From Candidatus Dojkabacteria bacterium (GTDB lineage Bacteria > Patescibacteriota > Dojkabacteria > GCA-002793355), in contig CP129470.1 in assembly GCA_030583685.1 (NCBI GenBank), positions 148,345-212,344 on the forward strand: a DNA stretch of 64,000 nt. Reading direction: 5' to 3'. This document shows positions 59,301 through 64,000 of this stretch, in pieces. The notes below the pieces were generated by a model. That model was not told where the DNA came from. It did no database searches and was given only the letters and a program-made list of their open reading frames with translations. Made by a program: the position numbers and the translations under genes. Every line of letters starts with the position of its first letter. The stretch's first letter is position 1.

Positions 59301-59466
59301 CAAGAATTGCCTGAGGTTTCGTGTCCGTAGAGGAGAGGATTTGTGCAATACGATAGGTCAAAACGGTTGTCTTACCAGTTCCTGGACCAGCAACCAGTAA
59401 CACTGGACCGTCAAGCGTTTCAACTGCTTCCCGTTGCGCTTTATTCAGTTTGGTGAGATCTAGCAT
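56386..59466 (-). CDS. UvrD/PcrA/AddA-like superfamily-1 helicase fused to C-terminal PD-(D/E)XK (RecB/Cas4-like) nuclease
   Basis: Helicase motifs AGPGTGKTT, DEYQDTN and YRSQQ are present. The C-terminus has GRVDRIDYVD...KVVDYKTGK (nuclease motifs II and III) and a terminal Cys cluster DDDCDYCS. Confidence 0.8.
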   Translation of the reverse strand: MLDLTKLNKAQREAVETLDGPVLLVAGPGTGKTTVLTYRIAQILSSTDTKPQAILAMTFTEAGVFAMKRKLFELIGQTAYAVDITTIHGFCNSVIQEFPEYFAEIQGFSPLTDIERIRFAQEILEHTEYHHLSPIVAKDMYIPDLLSIISTMKREYVTPARFQEAIAQEEELLQGMEKYVTRGPEKGKKVRVEYEMQQKKIAKYKEVVVFYEHYQSKLRAKQRYDYEDMILFVLEKLTQDSEFRSILQEKYEYLLMDEYQDTNDAQNTLLFTLAAYWGEEANIFAVGDDDQAIYRFQGASVKNIVDFLAKYPTAKVITLTENYRSQQTVLNASREFIRHNTQSLEKTLQEVNKALEARAHYAKKKLRLATFHRGEAENLFIAEKIQQLVKHKRITYENIAILVRNNADMDAVVDMLQRKRIPYVRKAGDNALVNHYVQQLLSLVRLISLIGTDEVNDLLLVKILHFPYLAIPKLDLLKIGRAYPEYRIDSLWAYIAKQGKEVNFDAFGLSLDGKEKVLAFFDQVISWYSASFREPLVKILELLMHESGLLNHVLAEKDKVKHLNALNSFFAEVKALNVSEPDMTVQEFLVAIDLMKEFRIPIKEKDLGVPEKGVQIMTAHSSKGLEFDIVFIPQLYSTKWDNKRTRPGLSLPKTLTGADDAVQAMEEDRRLLYVAMTRAKRRVYLSYATVYSSTFGKEKEVHPSLFLNEIPNAYIKQLSTEKYTSIIQEHIADLLAPRPFNTVYINSVDERDVIRTIVSKFDLHPTGLNNYLACPMSFLLGNLLRIPGAMSPSLAYGNAYHDALLKLYSRKKMNEPPLTEKEFFAVFAQKLTKYPLRASQRAKLLEKGEKNLSLYYQTYADKLILPVKNEHKLTGVVSGARLKGRVDRIDYVDKERKFLKVVDYKTGKALSPNAFDTMHPSGEFPPYNYEKAKAQRYYNQLLFYKVVADLDWWMTSNGAQTVIGSLFFVDPQREQFVECEVEYVQADVEDMKALIIDVWNKIQKLEFPRVHGTDDDCDYCSIGVEK

Positions 59467-59492
59467 TGGTGTATTTTAGCACGCAGTACTGA

Positions 59493-62400
59493 TTATTCGC
59501 GAGCACACAATATATGATGAGACGTTCCACAAACTAAATCTGATGATTTGCCAACTCCCACAAGAGGTCGCAGAACGTCAAGCAATGTCGCATCGTAAAT
59601 GATCCACTCAGAAGGAAATCTTCTATTATCCACAGGTGCCAAGTTACGCAAAAAGTGAGGAGGTTGACCAATAGTATGCACCCAACCTTCAATTTCCAAA
59701 CGGTCAAAACTGCTTGCTGAATTCATTTGCTGTTGAGTTAAATTCGGTTTCCTGAAGCTTACTGTCGCCCCGTTAGTCGCAACAATTCCTGCAGCAAATC
59801 TATCAATCGTTGGACCACCTTTTTGTCCAGACACTTCAATACGCTTTTGAGAAGGAGAATCTTCAACAATGAGCTCACCGCCACTCTTAAGCACAAACAG
59901 ACAGCCAGAGCGTTTGTCTTCTTTCACCAAATCCCCAGAGATGTTGAATTTACCAGCCACAAAAATTATATTGACGTTTTTACAGGAAATATCATTTGTA
60001 ACAGTATGAGAATCAATCTTCAAAACAGAGTAGGCAGCTTCTCCCAATACTCCAAATGAATCGGACTCAACGCAAGAACCAGGATTTTTCACATTAAGCG
60101 CCTGACAATTATTCGTTGCAATAGAAAGAAGTCTGTCATACTCATTCTGAGAGAAAATAGTTCCTAGACCAGTAATGTTGAATGCGTTCGAGGCATCTAC
60201 AGTGCGATACTGGCCGGCAAAACCTAATGGTGTCTGAGTCGCTCCGGTTTCTCTTCCTCCAGATACTCCGAAATCTGAGTTTGTTGAGCTCGTTAATAAT
60301 AACCCCGTTGCCAAAGTAAATTCCTGTTCATTGAATGGACTATAGATGGTCACATATGGTGAATATGAAGGATGAGATTTTCGAGTCTCATCCTGTGTCC
60401 TTGTTCCACTAAATAACTGATTGGAGGGCAAAGAGATCCCAGAAAATGGCTGACTACCTGTTGTAGAACCACTATACACAGATCCGAATGATGTTTTTAG
60501 CCAATTAGCTAAGAAGATATAGTTGAGAGGATTCGTATTACACCCCATGTTCCCCGCAACATCATAGGCACAAAGCCCCGCAAGTGCACGTTGTCCAGAA
60601 CTAAATCCGCCACCTCTCAGTGTTATCGTATGCGATTCTGGCGCATTAGTGAGTACCAGGTGATCATTCCTTCCATCAAATAATTCTTTACTATTGAGTT
60701 TCATTGCCCACTCCCACGTTCCAGAAGGTTCGCCATCAATTTCACCTTGCATCGCCATAAATCTATTGGTTACCCCTTTAATACCAGATCCGCCAACATC
60801 ACTAACATTCACTGTTGCACTAAAAATCCCATCAACTTCAGAAACAAGTTTATTCACCGTAATTGTTGGGGGTATAGGATCATATCGAAGTGCAAACCCG
60901 CTTCCTGCCGGACAACTGGCACCTTGGCAAACATTCCCTGTCCTATCAAACAATGTCCATCCTTCGGGTCCCTTGCCTGTCATCTGGTACAACGGAGCAC
61001 CAACTTTATCCAACGCACTGACAAATAATGAGTACAAACCAGGAGGCATTCCTTGTCCGGACTCAGTATCGTTAAAATAGATTCCAAATCGATACGTAAT
61101 AGAATTTGCGTCCTTCTGTGTCAAACCTTCTCTCTTAATACAGGCAGCACAATTCGAAGGACAAACAACAGAGGAGCTTGCTGCAACAACGCGAGGAGCT
61201 TGGTTATTGGAAGGATAGCAGAGCAGTGAAGATTCATCTGCGCCAATCGCCCACGCATAATTTTCTGGTTGATCAGCGACAGAAGTTGCCGCTGTTCTTG
61301 CAACTTCAGGGACATGAGCACCAGTACAACCACCTCTCGCTAAGCAATCTGGATATCCCATTGTATGCCATTGATTAGTTGTCGCAGACTTCTGCGAACC
61401 GTTGTAAAGGTTTCCCTTTTTCGAGCCAACACCGGCATATGCTCCAAGTCTTGTAATCATTCCCAAACCTGTAAAGACCGTTTTTGAACTTGTTGCCATA
61501 TTAAGCGGACCACACGCCTCTGTTAAACACCCCCGTGACGTGAAGTGATTATTTGCACCGACTCGCAAGGTCTCTTTCTCAGAATAGAGTGCCTGAAAAC
61601 TCAATCTTTGTGCTGCGACAAGAGGGTAGTTCGCAACATTGCTGTTTTTGCCAGGCTCACGCAGTTGCAACCAAACTCCTGCCTGCATAATATCGTTTGC
61701 CCCGTTTCGGTCACTTACCGTAAATTCAAGGAAGAGTGGATTTTTTATCCCTGAAACATATTCTCGTTCATTGATTGGACAGGTAATTGGCATGAGGTCT
61801 GACAATTCTGATTTACACACATGGGCACGAAATCTAGTTGCTGACGTATAGGTAGACCCTATCGTCACGGTCCCGGCCGTTCCATTCAATAAATTTCCTG
61901 AACTTCGTTGAGATGTCATCGTATCTCGATCTTCAATCCGAATATCAGAAATAGTTGGTGCCTGATTGATTATAGTCACATTGACTCTACATTCCGCCCT
62001 TTCTGAAACATCTGGGCCATTTCCATCAGAATCAACATCGTGAATTTCAATAATGAGTTCTCCCATACAAACCGAACGTCCCGTACTATCTTTAGTGTAT
62101 ACGCCATGGGAATCTCGAGCGTCTATCAAGAATGTCGACGTTTGAGATATATTGGTCGATTGAGAATCCGGACGTCCTGGTCGCACGGGGTATCCTAGAA
62201 GACTTTGGCCAGAAGTTCCATATATTTGTGCACAGTTATTTAACGAATTTCCTGCGCCGACGATTTTTACACCAGTAATTTCAACACTATCCCCCCAATC
62301 ATTATCGGTTGCGGTAAAATTGAATTGCCTTGGCGTATCCTGACGGTTCATTACAATACTCGTTGGAGCAATAGAACAGAGTGGAGCAGAATTCACATGC

Positions 62401-62873
62401 TTTGGGTCACACGCATACGGTTCGCCATCACAGCCACCACCATTACAGGAGATTCCGTTTCCATTTGAAATTTGTCTTGTCATGAATTTGTTCGGTGGGT
62501 TACCAGGTGGACAGGAAACTGGTTCGCATGAACAGTCACAAACAGCTTCATTGTTTGTACAGATATATCCACCTGCATCCCAACAATCGGTAGCATTACA
62601 CCCACACCCTGCAGCGTCTCCTTTATTACATCGAAATTCCCCACGTTGCAAGTTAACATTACAACTGCCTCCTTGATGCTGACATTTATTACATGATCTT
62701 GGACAACTTGATAAACCACTGGCCCCAGTATCCAAACAAGTCCATGTTCCACATTGTCCTGCACAATACCATGCTTGAACTGAACTCTCGCTCTTCGTTG
62801 CGAAAGCTGTTGCAAAAACAACCAGAATACTCAGACAAATACCTATTATGTTTGTAATTGCTTTGTGTCCCAT
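59493..62873 (-). CDS. very large (1126 aa) secreted/surface protein with Cys-rich N-terminal module; function unknown
   Basis: Signal peptide MGHKAITNIIGICLSILVVFATAFA, then ~120 aa holding about 25 Cys (CAGQCGTWTC, SCPRSCNKCQ, GCGCNATDCW, CDCSCEPVSCPP), then a long Ser/Thr/Gly/Asn-rich beta-type body. No enzymatic motifs were seen. Confidence 0.6.
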   Translation of the reverse strand: MGHKAITNIIGICLSILVVFATAFATKSESSVQAWYCAGQCGTWTCLDTGASGLSSCPRSCNKCQHQGGSCNVNLQRGEFRCNKGDAAGCGCNATDCWDAGGYICTNNEAVCDCSCEPVSCPPGNPPNKFMTRQISNGNGISCNGGGCDGEPYACDPKHVNSAPLCSIAPTSIVMNRQDTPRQFNFTATDNDWGDSVEITGVKIVGAGNSLNNCAQIYGTSGQSLLGYPVRPGRPDSQSTNISQTSTFLIDARDSHGVYTKDSTGRSVCMGELIIEIHDVDSDGNGPDVSERAECRVNVTIINQAPTISDIRIEDRDTMTSQRSSGNLLNGTAGTVTIGSTYTSATRFRAHVCKSELSDLMPITCPINEREYVSGIKNPLFLEFTVSDRNGANDIMQAGVWLQLREPGKNSNVANYPLVAAQRLSFQALYSEKETLRVGANNHFTSRGCLTEACGPLNMATSSKTVFTGLGMITRLGAYAGVGSKKGNLYNGSQKSATTNQWHTMGYPDCLARGGCTGAHVPEVARTAATSVADQPENYAWAIGADESSLLCYPSNNQAPRVVAASSSVVCPSNCAACIKREGLTQKDANSITYRFGIYFNDTESGQGMPPGLYSLFVSALDKVGAPLYQMTGKGPEGWTLFDRTGNVCQGASCPAGSGFALRYDPIPPTITVNKLVSEVDGIFSATVNVSDVGGSGIKGVTNRFMAMQGEIDGEPSGTWEWAMKLNSKELFDGRNDHLVLTNAPESHTITLRGGGFSSGQRALAGLCAYDVAGNMGCNTNPLNYIFLANWLKTSFGSVYSGSTTGSQPFSGISLPSNQLFSGTRTQDETRKSHPSYSPYVTIYSPFNEQEFTLATGLLLTSSTNSDFGVSGGRETGATQTPLGFAGQYRTVDASNAFNITGLGTIFSQNEYDRLLSIATNNCQALNVKNPGSCVESDSFGVLGEAAYSVLKIDSHTVTNDISCKNVNIIFVAGKFNISGDLVKEDKRSGCLFVLKSGGELIVEDSPSQKRIEVSGQKGGPTIDRFAAGIVATNGATVSFRKPNLTQQQMNSASSFDRLEIEGWVHTIGQPPHFLRNLAPVDNRRFPSEWIIYDATLLDVLRPLVGVGKSSDLVCGTSHHILCARE

Positions 62874-62875
62874 TA

Positions 62876-64000
62876 CTAGTATTGAGAAGTCAAATAAAGC
62901 ACCATAACGGTAGTATAAAGTGACGCCCAGTACTCATCATCAGGGAGTACTTCGGTCTCTTGTATTCCTGTCAAAAACCGTTGGTAACCCAATGCTGTTT
63001 GTGGAACAAATGAATGGTCATAAGGGTTTAACAAGCTGGCGTCCAGTACGATTTGAAAAATAGCATCTTCATAGTTGATGTTATTCAAATATTTATCTTC
63101 ACTAATGTATAACTGACCGAGTACGTTGAGCATAAATAGCTCTTCCATACCGTCAATAATATCTTTATCTGTGATATTTTCATTCAAAACCTTAAAGCAA
63201 AGATCGTCTATTTCTCGAATTGACTCTTTTGAATACTCACGAAGTGTTTTGCTTTCGATATACTCCTTTTTGAAATTTTGTATTACCTCAAGAATTTCTG
63301 CTTTGGTCATCGTACGAACACTGTACCCTTCAACAGACGCAATATCTCTAAAATCTAAGAAAAATGACTTAATCTTGCTTGATCCCGTTTTACCAAACTC
63401 TAAAATTGGACATGCAGGATAATTATAGGCTTCGAGTCTAAAATAATAAGGACATTCTTCCGGAGAGCAATCTGTATAGAAATCATACAATTCTCGGTTA
63501 TATTTCCTCACAAACGGAGTCAGACGCGTATTTACTGCGTCAACGACTTTTTCATATATTTGTGGATCAAGTTCCTCCGCGGTGTATGTATAGAAGATGA
63601 GATTTGTAGAGATATTTTCTTTATATCCTAACTGACATTCACTATTATTCTGAGCAGTTGGGCAATGCACATTACGATAAGGCATGTTTTCAGCAATACC
63701 TTGAACAAGATCTTTCGCGTTTGCAGCATTTAAAAAGCTCTCGGTCTTGAATATTTTATTTACATCTTCCCACGCTTGCTTTCTCCACTCAGTAATAATT
63801 TGTTTTCTTTCTTCTTCAGAGTAATCTGCAGCAAGCCTGACGTTATTCACGCTCCATGAGGTCAAACTGGTCTGCGCATACGTTTCTGTTTCACCAGCAA
63901 GTGTCTTACGGTAATGCGTAAAAAAAGCAGTGGGAGTTTTTCTTGGCTTTTCATGCGTAACTTCAAACTCTGCCGTAATTGGAACAGGTTCAGCACCAAA
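62876..64000 (-). CDS. hypothetical Cys-containing protein, 5'-partial (frame open to the window edge)
   Basis: The ORF is listed from 63865 with a TTG start, but the same frame stays open upstream to 64000 (FGAEPVPITAEFEVTHEKPRK...). Its stop TAG lies 2 nt from the ATG of the giant protein gene. Confidence 0.5.
   Translation of the reverse strand, partial: FGAEPVPITAEFEVTHEKPRKTPTAFFTHYRKTLAGETETYAQTSLTSWSVNNVRLAADYSEEERKQIITEWRKQAWEDVNKIFKTESFLNAANAKDLVQGIAENMPYRNVHCPTAQNNSECQLGYKENISTNLIFYTYTAEELDPQIYEKVVDAVNTRLTPFVRKYNRELYDFYTDCSPEECPYYFRLEAYNYPACPILEFGKTGSSKIKSFFLDFRDIASVEGYSVRTMTKAEILEVIQNFKKEYIESKTLREYSKESIREIDDLCFKVLNENITDKDIIDGMEELFMLNVLGQLYISEDKYLNNINYEDAIFQIVLDASLLNPYDHSFVPQTALGYQRFLTGIQETEVLPDDEYWASLYTTVMVLYLTSQY

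Noticed and set aside
60694-62821. Short ORFs in both strands inside the 1126-aa gene (e.g. 60694..61080, 62480..62821)
   Set aside because: They are nested in a long uninterrupted ORF with a signal peptide, and no independent evidence supports them.
1-64000. Alternative genetic code (UGA recoding as in Gracilibacteria/SR1)
   Set aside because: Many long ORFs (782, 814, 898, 966, 1026 and 1126 aa) are intact with standard stops, which would not happen if UGA were a sense codon read here as stop.
1-64000. CRISPR arrays, transposases, integrases, phage genes
   Set aside because: No regularly spaced direct repeats and no recombinase or transposase-like ORFs were seen. The window looks like core chromosome.

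Overview
The window is a gene-dense, reduced-genome bacterial chromosome segment that looks like Candidate Phyla Radiation / Patescibacteria (Saccharibacteria-like). That call rests on gene content: compact housekeeping proteins, a complete type IV pilus locus, an LCP protein, a fused glyQS and a truncated delta' subunit. Long ORFs are intact under the standard code, so UGA is not recoded. I found no CRISPR array, transposase, integrase or rRNA.

Supported content:
- Four tRNAs: Leu-CAG, Cys-GCA, Leu-UAA, and an unusual class-I Tyr-GUA.
- Translation, replication and repair genes: valS, hisS, serS, fused glyQS, gyrB, a delta'-like gene, miaA, rsmD, rsmI, a family-4-like UDG, rmuC and a UvrD-like helicase-nuclease.
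- Central metabolism: enolase, pyruvate kinase, inorganic pyrophosphatase, folD and a PyrH-like kinase.
- Envelope genes: a frameshifted murG, murF, uppP, an LCP protein, an O-antigen-ligase-like protein, sppA, secG, a PspC plus LiaF-like pair and a LemA plus DUF2207 pair.
- Two Hsp100/Clp ATPases: a canonical ClpC, and a divergent membrane-anchored paralog whose first AAA module is degenerate.
- A complete type IV pilus locus (pilB-pilT-pilC-pilin-pilD) with three pseudopilins converging on it.

Candidates worth following up:
1. The membrane-anchored Clp paralog, translationally coupled to a small membrane protein.
2. A minus-strand operon with a 1126-aa Cys-rich secreted giant protein and a coupled partial unknown gene, placed upstream of the helicase-nuclease, sppA, udg and rmuC.
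3. The archaeal/eukaryal-type tRNA-Tyr (C1:G72, short variable arm).
4. PilT with a ~200-aa Pro/Ser/Thr-rich N-terminal extension.
5. A catalytically dead cytidine-deaminase-fold protein.
6. A Fe-S-less family-4-like UDG.
7. Several genes whose -10 hexamer sits only 5-8 nt upstream of the ATG, suggesting leaderless mRNAs.
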